From: Mobula hypostoma | Lineage: Eukaryota | Assembly (NCBI RefSeq): GCF_963921235.1 | Contig: NC_086097.1 | Span: 74,216,001-74,280,000, forward strand | Direction of reading: 5' to 3' | DNA length: 64,000 nucleotides | Shown: piece by piece, positions 13,636 to 26,600 of the stretch | Layout of the letters: each line of letters opens with the position of its first letter | Numbering within the stretch: the stretch's first letter is position 1 | The notes under the pieces: generated by a model | The model's database searches: none | Told to the model about the DNA's origin: nothing | Seen by the model: only the letters and a program-made list of their open reading frames with translations | Translations under genes and position numbers: made by a program

Positions 13636-14329
13636 GAGGTGTGGATGGGAAGAGGAAGGAGGCTATCATTGTGGTTTTGGAACATAAAGGTCACACAACT
13701 TTACTCAACTTCAAAAACAAACATTGCAATTAATTCAACATTTTAAAATACTTAATGGATTTTCCCAAGGTATTAAAGGAAAACTCTTAATTGCAAGCAG
13801 CCTTCCGCTGCTTGCCAGTGTTATAGATTGATATGAGTGGAAATGTAAAATATCTGGTGCTTTGAACAGCTGATGTGTTGTTTCATTATTCCACAGATCC
13901 ATTCTGTTACATAAAAATCAATTGTTCTCATTGTATCAGCCTACATTCAAAGGTTGACAACTGGAAGTAAATATTTTACCAGATAGTGCTCTGAAAATTA
14001 TATTAAGGATTCTATTCATTGGCTGCCCTTCCAAAGCGAGTTAATATGCTAGAAAGACACAAGGAACTGAAGACACTGGGAACCTTGAGCAACACACAAA
14101 GTGCTGGAGGAACTCATGTATTGAACATCACCCGTGGAGAGAAATGAGGTGGGACCTTTCATCTAACTTAAGTCAGACTACTGTCACCTTTGTTGTAGTC
14201 AAATATATAATTGTTATTTTCTTTGCAGTTTATCTATTCTTATGCCTGCTTGTATTTTAAATAATTACCAATATACATGTAATTGTTCAGTGTGTCCCCT
14301 AGTGGCTACAGTTTTATTCTCTTAAGACC

Positions 14330-15082
14330 GTAGAGCTGATTGTGGACTTCAAAGAGGGGAGGACAAGTGAACACGAACCAGTCCTCATAAGGGTATCAGA
14401 AGTGGAGAGAGTGAGCAAATTCAAGTTCCTGGGTGCTAAGATCTCTGAGGATCTAACCTGGTCCCAACATATTGATGCAGCTACAAAGAAAGCAAGACAG
14501 CGGTTATATTTCATTAAAAGCTTGAAGACATTTGTTTTGTCACTAAAACTCTTGAAAATTTCTGCAAGTGTACTGTGGAGAGCATTCTTACAGGCTGCAT
14601 CACTGTCTGGAACGGTGATGGGGGGAAGGGGGGAGCTACTGCACAGGATTGACAGAAGCTACAGAAAGTTGTAAAATTAGTCAGCTCCATCTTGGGTACT
14701 AGCCTCCGTAGTATCCAAGACATCTTCAGGGTGTGCTGCCTCAGAAAGGCAGCATCCATTGTTAAGGACCCCCATCACCCAGGATATCCCTGTTCACGTT
14801 GTTACCATCAGGAATGAGGTACCAAAGCCTGAAGGTCACACTCAGTGATTCAGGAACAGTTTCTTCTCCTCTGCCATCTGATTCCCAGTTGGGCATTGAA
14901 TCCATGAACACTACCTCAGTTTCTTTTATTATTTCTGTTTTTGCACTATTTTCAATTTAACTATTATATATATATTAACTTACATATTTTATATATTATC
15001 ATATTATATATTATTGTACTGTTGCCATTAAGTTAACAAATTTCATGACATATGCCGGTGATATTAAACCTGATTCTGATTC
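14330..15082 (+). mobile_element. Rex1/Babar LINE 3' fragment
   Basis: ORF 14342..14674 (VERVSKFKFLG..ISEDLTW..KKARQRLYF). Ends GATATTAAACCTGATTCTGATTCT. Confidence 0.9.
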
Positions 15083-15454
15083 TTTCTGGAAGCTTCTTTG
15101 GTATCGCATTATTTGAATAGGGGTCTACCTGGGCAATGGCAGTTATATTGGGGAAAGTTAAGTAGGGAAAGGGAAAGAAACATACGATAAACTATAAAAA
15201 AATAGCACAATGGAGACAGTAAAAAGTCTAAAGAGTAAATTTCTTCATTAACCGAATGAGTAAAAAACAGCATAAAAAGTGTAATTGAATTGGTGCAGTG
15301 TATGAAACTTTGAAACTAAGTGCAGCAATATGAGAAACTGCAGCAGGGGTGACAAGTAGGCAGTCCTGCCAGTGACACTTCTTGGAAAACAGCCCTATGT
15401 TGAACAGCCCTCCGAGACAACGCCACCATCTGAACTCCAAGGAATATAACATCT

Positions 15455-18070
15455 AAGGAGAAGAATGTTGAATCCATCTGAGCAGAGATTAGGAATAGTA
15501 AAGGGGGAAAGAAATCACTGGTGGGAGTTGTCAATAGGCCACCGAGTAATAATGTTATAGTGATACATGCAACAAACCAAGAAATATCTGAGGCGTGTAA
15601 GAATGGAGCAGCAGTTATCGTGGCGGACTTTAACTTGCACATAGATTGGTGAATCAAATTGGTTGAGGCAGTCTAGAGGAGGACTTTGCAGAATGCATAC
15701 ATGATAGCTTTCTTGAACAGCATGTTACTGAACCTACAAGGGAACGTGCTATCTTGGATCAGGTCCTGTGTAATGAGACAGGTAAAATGAGCAATTTTGT
15801 AGTTAGGGATTCTCTTGGAAAGAGTGATCACAGTGTGATTGAGTTTCTCATACAAATGGAACGTGCAATAAAACCAGTGTATTATGCCTAAACCAGGGAG
15901 ACTACAATGGGTTGAGGGAGGAGTTGGATAGGGTAGAATAGGAATGCAGGCTATATGGTGGGACCATTGAGGAACAGTGGAAGACTTTCAAAGATATTTT
16001 TCACGGTGCTCAACAAAAGTACATTCTAGTTAAAAGAGAGGACAGTAAGGATGGAGAGAGCCAGCCTTGGATAACTAAGGAAATAAAAGAAGGCATCAAA
16101 CTAAATGCTTATGCTTACAAAGTTGCCAAGAGTAGTGGGAAATTGGAAGATTTGGAAAACTTTAAAAAGTATCAAAGAACCACAAAGTGATCAATAAAGA
16201 AGATAGATTATGAAAATAAACTAGCACAAAATGTAAAAACGGATAATAAATGTTTTTATAATTATAAAAAATGGAAAGGGGTGTCTAAAGTGAACATATG
16301 TTCCTTGGAGGACAAGAAGGGGGAATTGATATTGGGTAGTGAGGAAATGGCCGAGGCTTTGAATGACTATTTTGTATCAGTCTTCATGGTGGAGGACACG
16401 TCTAACTTGCCAAAGATAGATGGTCTGGATGCGATGGGAGGTGAGGACCTTGATACAAAAGCTAGCACTAAAGAGTTAGTGCTGAGCAAAGTTGTGGGCC
16501 TAAAGACAGATAAGTCCCCGGTCCAGATGGATGCATCCCAGGGTACTGAAAAAAATGGCAGAGGTTATAGTAGAGGCTCTGGTGATAATTTATCAAAATT
16601 TTCGGGACTCTAGGCAGGTCCCAGCAGATTGGAAGCAGGTAAATGTCACACCACTGTTCAAAAAAGGATGTAGGCAAAAGGCTGGTAACTATAGGCCTGT
16701 TAGTTTAACATCTGTGGTTGGGAAAATGCTTGAGGCTTTCACTAAAGAGGTGTCTGCAAAGAATTCGATCCATCAGGCAGATGCAGCATGGATCCAGCAA
16801 AAGCAGGTCCTGTTGACAAACTTAATGAAGTTCTTTGAGGATATAATGAGCGCCGTGGATAGAGGGGAACAAATAGATGTTATTTACTTGGATTTCCAGA
16901 AGGCATTCGATGAGGTGCCACTTAAAAGACTTATCCATAAGATAAGGATGCAAGGAGTTGGGGGTGATGTATTTGCATGGATAGAGCATTGGTTAACCAA
17001 TAGAAAGCAGAGAGTTGGGATGCATGAAGTTTCTCTGGTTGGCAATCAGTGGTGAGCGGTATGCCACAGGGGTCGGTGCTGGGCCCGCAACTGTTCACGA
17101 TATACACTAATGATCTGGAAGAGGGGATCAGGTACAGTGTATCTAAGTTTGCTAATGACACTAAATTGAGTGGAAAAACAAATTGTGCAGAAGATAAGGA
17201 GAGTCGGCAGATAAAGATAGGATAAGTGAGTGAGCAAGGGTTTGGCAGACGGAGTACAATGTTGGTAAATGCAAGGTCATCCACTTTGGAAGAGAAAATG
17301 GAAGATCAGATAATAATTTAAATGGTAAAAGATTGCAGCATGCTGCTGTGTAGAAGGACTTGAGAGTGCTTGTGCATGAATCGCAAAAGGTTGGGTTGCA
17401 GGTGCAGCAGGCTATCAAGAAGGCAAATGGAATGTTGGCCTTCATTGCTAAAGGGTTGAATTTAAGATCAGGCAGGTTATGCTGCAACTGTATAGGGTAA
17501 TGGTGAGGCTGCATCTGGAGTACTGCATGCAGTTCTAGTCTCCTTACTTGAGGAGGGATATACTGGCTTTGGAGGCAGTGCAGAGGAAATTCACCGGGTT
17601 GATTCCGGAGATGAGGGGGTTAGACTATGAGGAGAGATTGAGTTGCCTGGGACTGTACTCGCTGGAATTCAGAAGAATGAGAGGAGACCTTATAGAAATA
17701 TAAAATTATGAAAGGGATAGATAAGTTAGAGGCAGGGAAGTTGTTTCCATTGGTAGGTGAGACTAGAACTAAGGGTCTTAGCCTCAAGATTCAGGGGGGT
17801 AAATTTAGGACGGAGGAACTGCTTTTCCCAACGACTGGTGAGTCTGTGGAATTCTCTGCCCAATGAAGCAGTGGAGGCTACCTCAGTAAATATATTTAAG
17901 ACAAGTTTGGATAGATTTTGCATAGTAGGGGAATTAAGGGTTATGGGGAGTATGCAGGTAGGTGGAGATTAGTCCATGGTCAGATCAGCCATGAACTTAT
18001 TGAATGGTGGAGCAGGTTCGGCGGGCCAAATGGCCTACTCCTGCTCCTACTTCTGATGTTCTTATGTTGT
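15455..18070 (+). mobile_element. CR1 LINE ORF2 (partial APE endonuclease and RT) with 3' UTR
   Basis: APE motif VADFNL, ORF 16531..17055 (GNYRPVSLTSVVGK, YLDFQKAFD), PQGSVLGP. TTCTTATGTT tail. Confidence 0.92.
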
Positions 18071-18074
18071 TATG

Positions 18075-19236
18075 AATTACAGGCTAGACATGATACAGAG
18101 TCTACAATGGCCTCCAGCAACTCAAACAAGGATGACAGTAATGAAACAATAGGATTGGCAGCTATCTCACTGATTGCTCCAATTAAGACCAAGAGAGTCA
18201 AGACACATATGGCTGGAGATGGAACCTATAAAAGGAGACAGATAGTTTACCATCAACCACCTGAAACAGAAAAGATTGATAAGTGGTCCAAGGACGTTCC
18301 ACCTCCTCAAAAAGTACAAACGTTTGTAAGTTTAACGATCTGGCTGAGCTTCAACATATTAAGAACATATACAAACTGCACCCATATGATGGCATCCAAA
18401 TTTTGGCTACTGTGTTGTCTTCTCTGCAAACTTGGTAGTTGAGTAATAGAGTTCATAGTAGCATAGGAGATGATAAGCAAAATATACAAGATGGTTGGAA
18501 TGCTATTAAGAGATGGTTGGAAGGACAGGCCCTAATGCAGACTGATTGGAGGAACTTGGTTGACTGCAAGCAAGAGATTTCTGAGGATGTTTCAGAATAT
18601 GAGGAACACTACAGGGTAGCATGGTTAAGTTATTCAGGAGTTCTGCACGTAAATGAAGATGACATAGAGGATTCTGCATATGATTGCTTGAAGTCAACTT
18701 TTAAGGTTATCCTGAAACCAGATGCCACCAAAATGATGAAGATGACAACCTGAACTGGAGTGAAGTAGCTGTTTCATATAGTGAGCTAGTGTGGGTCACC
18801 AAACAAGCGGAACAAGATATCGAAATCTGTATGAGATCATTACAGGTGGGTCAGTTGCCTGTTGATCAGCTGCCACAAACCATTGGTCAACAAGTATTGC
18901 TCGCTAGTCAACAGCCACATCTACTGCAGATGAGTCAACAGCAAATATCTATTAACAAACAGAGGAAGTTGGACTAGAATTCACTGCATGTATTATAGCT
19001 ATCTCAGTCTGAGTCAAACATCTGAGGCCAATCCCTCAAAGCACAGTGTCACTTCTGTGGTAAAAAAGGACATAGGGCTAAAAATTATTGGCAAAAGAAA
19101 CAAGGTGGACTACAGAAACAAGCTGCCAAGAAATTTGAATCCCCTGCCTCACAAAAGTCAGAAGATTCTAATTTGATGACATGATTTCAACAAACAATGG
19201 TGGATGTATGTATTGTCACAGTAAAAAAAAACGTGA
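18075..19236 (+). pseudogene. gag: Endogenous retrovirus gag remnant (capsid C-terminal region and zinc knuckle)
   Basis: TDWRNLVDCKQEISEDVSEYEEHYRVAWLSYSG resembles the retroviral MHR region. CHFCGKKGHRAKNY at ~19047-19090 is a degenerate CCHC knuckle. Confidence 0.7.
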
Positions 19237-22200
19237 CTAGGGTCTTCATTGCAGCCCTTGCTTGCCTTGACAGAGCAAAAACTGGACAGCTTCTATGTTA
19301 ACTTATTGATTGGAAATTAATGTGCGCAGGAGCTGAGCTACACATATAACATAATCTATTGGCCAACGGTGCAAAATGTCATTGACTGATATACATAAAT
19401 GTGCATATGTTGCAGGAGAATTATACTAATTAAAAGCAAACCATTCCAGGTAAGTACAACTTGGTCATCACCCATAAGAAATGCAATACTGGGTAGAAGA
19501 GGTCTTGCAACCTCATCTTGGAATGGGTGGCTTCTTAACTGGAGGGTAAAGTCATTTGCAATCTCATAAAATTAGCCAAATCTGAATTAACTATTCATCC
19601 CATATGGTCGAAAGTAAAAACAACTGGGGCCTACTGAAAATGGATCCTGTTAAGTTTACCGTTAAGGTGCCACCATCTACTAAGTAGTATCTTCTGAGCA
19701 GAAGATCTATGGAAGGTATTTTACCTATTTATTAAGCAGCTGGAGGAGCAAAGAATTCTTGTTAAAACTCGCTGCATGTCTAGCCTGGTTTGTTAAGAAA
19801 GCGAATGGTACCTGGAGACTGACAGTGAATTACTGAGTTGCTAATCAAAGTACTGTGTTGGCAAGCTAACCCCTCTAATGACAGATCCATCAACGATTTC
19901 CAAAGCCTTGAAGCCATCACACAAGTGGTTTATAGTTATTGATTTGGCCAATGGATTCTAGTCTGTACCACTGGCGCCTGAATGTCAATTACGGTTGGCT
20001 TTCACAGTTGATGGTCAACAATACCAGTGGACAAGGCCACCACAAGGGCTTCAGAACAGTTCCACTGTCTATCACATGACTTTGAGACAACATCTGGGGG
20101 ACTTACAGGAATTAATTTGACTATTATACCCAGAAATGACTGGTGTTACTGAATCGTTGTAGGAGGCTTAGCACAACGCTTTACACTTCCAGTGATCCAT
20201 GTTTACTTCTTGTCGCTGTCTGCAAGGTGTTTGTACATTCTTCCTGTGACTGCATGGGTTTCCTCCAGGTGCTTTGGTTTCCTCCCACAGTCCAAAGATG
20301 TACTGGTTGGAAGGTTAATTGGGAATTGTGAATTGTAAATTGTCCAGTGAACAGGCTAGGATTAAATTGGAGCATTGATGGGCAGTGTAGCTCGAAGGGC
20401 CAAACGGGCCTATTCTGTGCTGTATCCAGTTTCCTTCCACAGTCCAAAGATGTACCGGGTTAATCAGGCATTGTGAATTGTCCTGTGAACAGGCTATGAT
20501 TAAATTGGGGGATTGCTGGGCAGTGTGGCTCGAAGGGCAGAAGGGCCTGTTCCATACTGTAACTCAATAAATAAATAAAATATTAGTACTATGTGGATGA
20601 TGTCCTGATTGTATTCAAAGCTGCAGACCAGCATGAACATGATGTGCTTTGTTTGCTCAATTATTTATTCTCCAAGGGTGACAAGGAAAATATAGACAAG
20701 GCATAATTGCAACAAGAAGAATTAATTTACTTGGACAGACCCAAGGTAAGAGTGAAATCACTGAGGATCGTGCAAAGGCCATTAAGTTTGCAAAGCCTGC
20801 TACATCAGTTCAGTCAACTCCGATCATTTCTGATTTTTATGTGATTACAACAAAGCCTGGGTTGATTCATATGCTGAAATTGTACAACCACTCAACAAAT
20901 CTGCTGAAGTGCTCAGACGATCCTGTGATTCTTAATGAAGAGCAACTGAAAATGTTGCAAATATTAAAGGTGACATTGTGTACTGCACTCACATTAGGAA
21001 TCCCTGATACAGGTAAACCATTTACCCTGTATGTCAACAAGAAACATGGCTACATGATAGTAGTCTTAACTCAAGAACATGGAAACCAATGGAGCCTTAT
21101 TGGTTATTGCTCTGCCAAATTGGATAATGTTGCTTTTGGATGGGGTTTGTGTTTACAGGCATCCAGGCAACCTAGCTGACAGTCATGATGGTTTCTAGCA
21201 TCATTTTTGATCAAGTTTTAAATGTTCCATGACCATACTCAGTACACACTTTACTGACTATGAATAGGGCCTATCGAGTTACATTTGCTCAGAGGTCTAA
21301 GTGGCACCTAATAATCTTTTAACAAGCAAGTTCAGTGAATCCAGCTATACTGTTACCATCAGACATGGAAGACTGCAATGACCATGACTCTGCAAGAATA
21401 ATAACATGTCATGAAGATGCATATTTTTTCTAAAAATGCCTCTGTTGAACACAGATCTGTACACTGATGGTTCCTCAACAACTGAGGGTGGAATTCAAAT
21501 GACTGGATGAGCTGTTGTTTCTGAAAGTGAAGTACTGGCATCAGGCACTTCTGTGCATCAGGTAAAACTAAAAGCTCTGATTGAAGCCTAGAAGTTGGTA
21601 GAATGAAGATCTGCTAATATCTGTACTGATTCTTGATAAGCTTTAGAGTTGTTCATGCCTTTGGAAACTTATGGAGACAAAGGGAATTTCTTATGGCTGT
21701 AGGAGCCCCTATCAAGAATGGCCAACTAGTACAAGAGCTCATGAATGTCATACAACTTCCGTCAGAAGTGACTGTATTAAAATGTAAAATCCATTCCAAA
21801 TTGGCTGCAATGGAAGCTGTGGAAATGCATTCATGGATGAAGTTGCAAAAAGGGAAGCACAGGAAGAGGTAAAAGGAATAAAAGAAGCAAAACAAAGTCA
21901 AAGAATTAAAGGAAGTACCAAGAACATCTGCCATGAACTTGCCAACTGAAAGTAAGGAAACAAGGTTGGACTCTGTCACAGATGGATGTACTAGATGGTT
22001 GAGAGAATCAACCCCAGTGCTCTAACCAGGAAAAGTGGTTCTGGATTGAGGATAGAAGGTTAGACAGTGAGGGAGGATGGCGATATAGTACTCACCATAT
22101 ACTAGTAGCTTCAATTACATTGTGTCCTTATCCGGCACAGCAGATACTGTATACTCCACTGCACACATTGGAGTGGAAAAGATGATCAACAGATTCTCCC

Positions 22201-23120
22201 AATCATGGTGGAATCCACGGTTCAGGGCACAAGCTTGACAAACATTTGAAAGATGTATGACATACCTTAAGACAAATCCTGAAGCACTGGAAAACCTACC
22301 ACACTTAAATGCTCCTGACCCACCTGGTCCATTTTTACTCTTAGAAGTGGAAGACATTACTTCATCAAAGTGTCAAGAATACTCAGTCATACTAGTAATA
22401 ATAAGTTTTTAAGGTGGGTGAAACCTATTTCAACAAGGAAAGCCACTGCCATGCACACAGAAAAACTCTGATCAAGGACTATATTCTTACACAGGGATTG
22501 TCATGTCACATTGACTCTGAACAGGGAACAAGGAACACATTTCACTGTGAGTGTCTGTCAGGAATTATGTCGACTGAAAAACATTGTATGGTTTTTCATT
22601 GTCCACATCGTGTAGAATCATCAAGACAAGTCAAACAGATGAATGGAATCATCAAAGAATGACTGACTTAAGTATCTTGAGGAAGGTGCACCATAGCCTA
22701 TGCCTCTACCTATGGTCTCATGTAGCATCAGAACAACCTCAAACATGAAAACTAAATTAGGTCCATTCGAGATGGTAACAGGGCATCCTATGTCATTGCC
22801 GGGAACTCTTGATCTCAGAGAGGCTAATATGCATCTTATGGCAGACAGTTTAGTTTACTATTGTGAGAAATTAACCCAAGCTGTACAGTCTGCTTCTCAA
22901 CAAGCTTCTGCCATTTGGAGTGATCCAACAGAGGGAGGACACACCCAAATTCCTTGAGTGGGTCCTATCTAAGAAATTGCATAAGGAACCATTAGGAACT
23001 CAATGAGAAGGTCCTTATCAAGTGCTGTTAACCACTAACTCAGTGGTGAAGGTAGAAGGCAAAAGTAAGTGGATACATGCTAGCCACTGCAAGCAAGCTA
23101 ATGTGGTACACATTAAGGAG
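19237..23120 (+). pseudogene. pol: Endogenous retrovirus pro-pol remnant (RT, tether, RNase H, integrase) with many stops and frameshifts
   Basis: RT: VKKANGTWRLTVNY, WFIVIDLANGF*SVPL..AFTVDGQQYQWTRPPQG, YVDD at 20590-20601. Tether: ORF 20841..21179. RNase H: LYTDGS, ICTDS, FGNLWRQREFL. Integrase: H-rich N-terminus, [36 protein letters not shown]. Confidence 0.9.
20130..20580 (+). mobile_element. V-SINE (HE1-like) with internal tandem duplication, inserted in the ERV RT
   Basis: V-domain-like GGGTTTCCTCCAGGTGCTTTGGTTTCCTCCCACAGTCCAAAGA. The ~150-bp 3' part occurs twice. (AATA)n tail. It splits RT between the PQG and YVDD motifs. Confidence 0.8.
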
Positions 23121-23546
23121 AACAAGTGCTGTGGTTTATGTGCTAGTAACCTCTGACTCAGCGCCTTCATGCTGGCCTACAATGAGCTAATCCCCAGCCA
23201 GAAGACATCGACAACTACTGGACACTATGAAGTTTATTCTAAAATTCGTTGTTGTTGTTACATTTTTCCTACTTTTTCCCTAATTACAAAATGAGTGATA
23301 ATATTTGTCCTGATATGCTACATCATAATTTATATCTTTTTAATTTGTATAAGGATAATCATTAATAGAGTGGTTCAAACTCACGTAAGTGTGCCTACTA
23401 ATCTAACTAACAGTGACACAATCCTACAAATACTCTTAGATATTGCCATAAATTGAGTAGATCATTTTATACTTAATGTAGATACCACAAATTCTTCTGC
23501 CTCTCAATTTTCAGATGTTATCATTCTAAATGTGTGATTTAGAATC

Positions 23547-23610
23547 AGAGGGGAATGATGGATTAGACGATAGAATTGTTATTTCGATACAGTTTATCTG
23601 TTCTTATGCT
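23547..23610 (+). repeat. ERV polypurine tract and start of 3' LTR, truncated by the Gypsy insertion
   Basis: AGAGGGGAA (23547-23555) is immediately followed by TG. Confidence 0.5.
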
Positions 23611-26600
23611 TGTGATGAGAGTCCTTGACGAGGATGGTTTGGACCCAAATGCTGGGGTATCTGAAGCAAGGTTCGAGACATAGTATCAAACTGGATCTGA
23701 ACACAAAGCAAATGCTAGACAATATCACTAGTAGTCTTACAATTGAGCCTGAACTGCAGTTCAGATGCTCCTTAAATACTTGATTCTCAGTGCCCATAAC
23801 ATGCTTACCAATTAGCGGGATCTTCCTGAACCCTTAAAGTGGCCACGTCAGCTATCCATACTCCGGGGTGTTAGAGTGTCTAAATCCTGGAAGCTGGCAT
23901 GGTTGTGAGCAGCTGGTAACAGGATCCCCTCGCCTATGCTAACTCCTGGCGGCCTTGGTTGCTCGGAGAGGCGGTGATAGTAATCGTGGATGAGAGCCCG
24001 ATCCAAGATGTCCCTTTCAAGCACCCAGCACTTCTCCTCGAGTCCGAATCCTTCCCAGTCCATGAGGTATTGCTGAGCACCTTGAATAGTGTGTGAGTCC
24101 AAAAGTCTTCTCATTGTGAAGGCCTATTCCCTCAGGGCTAAGGGCTGATACAGACAGCTTTTAGCTTAGAGATGTGGAAGGTGGATTTGATCTTTAGGGT
24201 CTTGGGCACGCAAGATGTAAGCCACTGGATTTACTTCCCTCATGAACTTAGGCACCAAGTTTCTAGATTCCACTCAGAGAGGTAAGTCATGAGTGGACAG
24301 CCAGGCCTGTTGACCTGTCTTCCCTTTGGGTCCACCTTGGTCTCCACTTTCATGCTAGAGGCCAGCAAAGTCTGTCTTGCCCTAATCCATTTTTGCTTGC
24401 AGTATTGGATGAGATCTTCAGCGGCAGGGACCCCAACTCTGTCCTCTTGTTACGGAAAGAGGTGGAGGATAACTAAAGTGGTGAATTTTAACATACCGTG
24501 TGCTGAATGCTGTAAGGTGTTGTGGGTGACCTCTGACTACATCAAATGTTCACACCATACATAAGGTCTTTCCAAGGCCAGGCATCTTAGGTTACATTCT
24601 AAATCTTGGTTGGTCTGCTCTGTCTGGCCATTGGACTGTGGGTGAAACCCAGAGGAAAGGCTTGCTGTTGCCCCTATCAGTTTATGGAATGTCCTCCAGA
24701 AATGTGATGTAAATTGTAGACAACAATCTGAGCAATGTCCGCCAAGAACCCATGGATCCTGAAGACCTGGTGCAATTCTGGCTGCCTCCACTGCAGATGG
24801 TGGCTTCTCCAAGGCAATGAACTTGCAGGCTTTGGAAACCTGCTCAACAATTGCCATGATGACTGACCTCCCCTTGGATGGCGGGAGAGCTGTGAAAAAG
24901 GCCATGGCGAGGTGTGTCCAAGCTCTTTTTGGAACAGGTAGGGGGTGGAGGAGCCCTTGCGGTCAGGTATGGTGCTCCTTGTTCTGAACGCACATGTCGC
25001 ATGATGTCCTGATGTCATAGCTCCTCTCTGCCAGTGATAGCCACCTGGAGAAGAATGCACACGGGTGCATTTTACTGTCCAAAGGTAGTCATTGAGACTA
25101 CCAATGTCTGTGGGGTCCACTTCCACACTGAAGGGAAGGTCCAGGTTAGGAGAAACCAAGATGGGAACTGTTGTGATCTGCTGTTAAAGCTTTGCAAGAG
25201 CAGCCTCCACTTCAGTTGACCAGACAAAAGGGTCTGTGGATTTCTTAGTTAGCACCATCAACAGAGCTATCGCCAAGCTAGGGTTCCTGATCAACTTCCA
25301 GTCGAAGTTAGCAAATCCCAGGAATCACTGGACTTGTTTGATACTGGATGGTCTCTGACTGCCTGGGTCTTGATAGGGTCCATCTTGAGTTTGCCATTGG
25401 AGATGATGAAACCCAAAGATGAAATAGTCGTCCCGTGAAACTTGGACTTCTCCGACTTGACATAAAGAAGCCTCTTTAAACCGTCCCTGACATGAATGCC
25501 CTCCTCCATGGACTTTGAGAAGATTAGGCTGTCATCGAGGTAGATGGTCATGCTTATGGAGAATATCCCGGTGCACATCATTTATGAAGGCCTGGAAAAT
25601 GGCTGGAGCATTTGCAAGGCCAAAGGGCATAACCAGGTACTCACAGTGCCCTATTGGTGTATTGAATGCACTCTTCTACACATCACCTTCTCTAATACAG
25701 ACCAGATTGTATACACTCCAGAGGTCTAGTTTTGTGAATACGCTCACCTCTTGGACCATCTTGAAGGCTGTATTCATGAGTGGAAGGAGTAACAATTCTT
25801 GACCATTATGCAGTTTTTATCCCCTATAATCAATACACAGCCATAGACTCCTATCATTTTTTGTACAAAGAAGAGGCCTGCACTGGAGGGCAGGATGAAG
25901 CCCATGGCAAGAGCCTCCATTATATACTCCTCCATTGCGCTTCTCTCTCGGCCTGAGAGCGCATACAATTGACCCCGCAAAGGACAAGTACCAGGCAGTA
26001 GGTCTATAGCACAGTCGTAGGGTCAGTGCAGTGGAAGAGTCGAGGCTTTTCCCTTGCTGAAGACCTCCTCCAGATCCTTGTAGATGGGAAGGTTTTGATC
26101 AATCTGGGTGTTGCTATCTCCTCTGGACCTTCATTTGAGGAGAACTCCTGAGGCTTCTTAGATGGCAGGGGTGATCCAACAGACCCGTGAGTCCTCTCTC
26201 TAGGCTCACAGAGTTCATTTGTAGAAACAGCGGCCAAATCAGAGTCTAAATCCCCATTTGTACCCTCAGGTAACAGCAGCGAGGCGTTACAGAGGGATCT
26301 TGCCCCCTGGGAATAGGCTTCAAGGATTAATGTAAAGGAGTCTTTCTCTTCCTTGAGACCAGGTGGCTGAATTCCTTAAGCTTAGCAGCAAATTTCCCAG
26401 ACTGCTTGGGCATCTCCTTCGGGCTCTCCTGAACTAGAGATTTCCCCTCTCTAGTTCCTGCAGGATCCTGACTAGACAGTGTCAGGACTTGCACAGTCCA
26501 GTTGGCTGGAACCAGTCTTTCCGCTGTTGAGAGCAGGACAAGGTCTCCAGACAGTTTCAAATTCCCTCGCACTGAAGGCTGCCCCCTTACTGATCATTGG

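Noticed and set aside
19955..23010. APOBEC-style hypermutation of the ERV (Trp codons to TAG/TGA)
   Set aside because: Only a couple of examples among many other lesions; cannot be distinguished from neutral decay without a consensus.
23848..26000. Domesticated PEG10/RTL1-like gene
   Set aside because: Numerous stops and frameshifts, a retained LTR and an internal insertion indicate a decayed retrotransposon.
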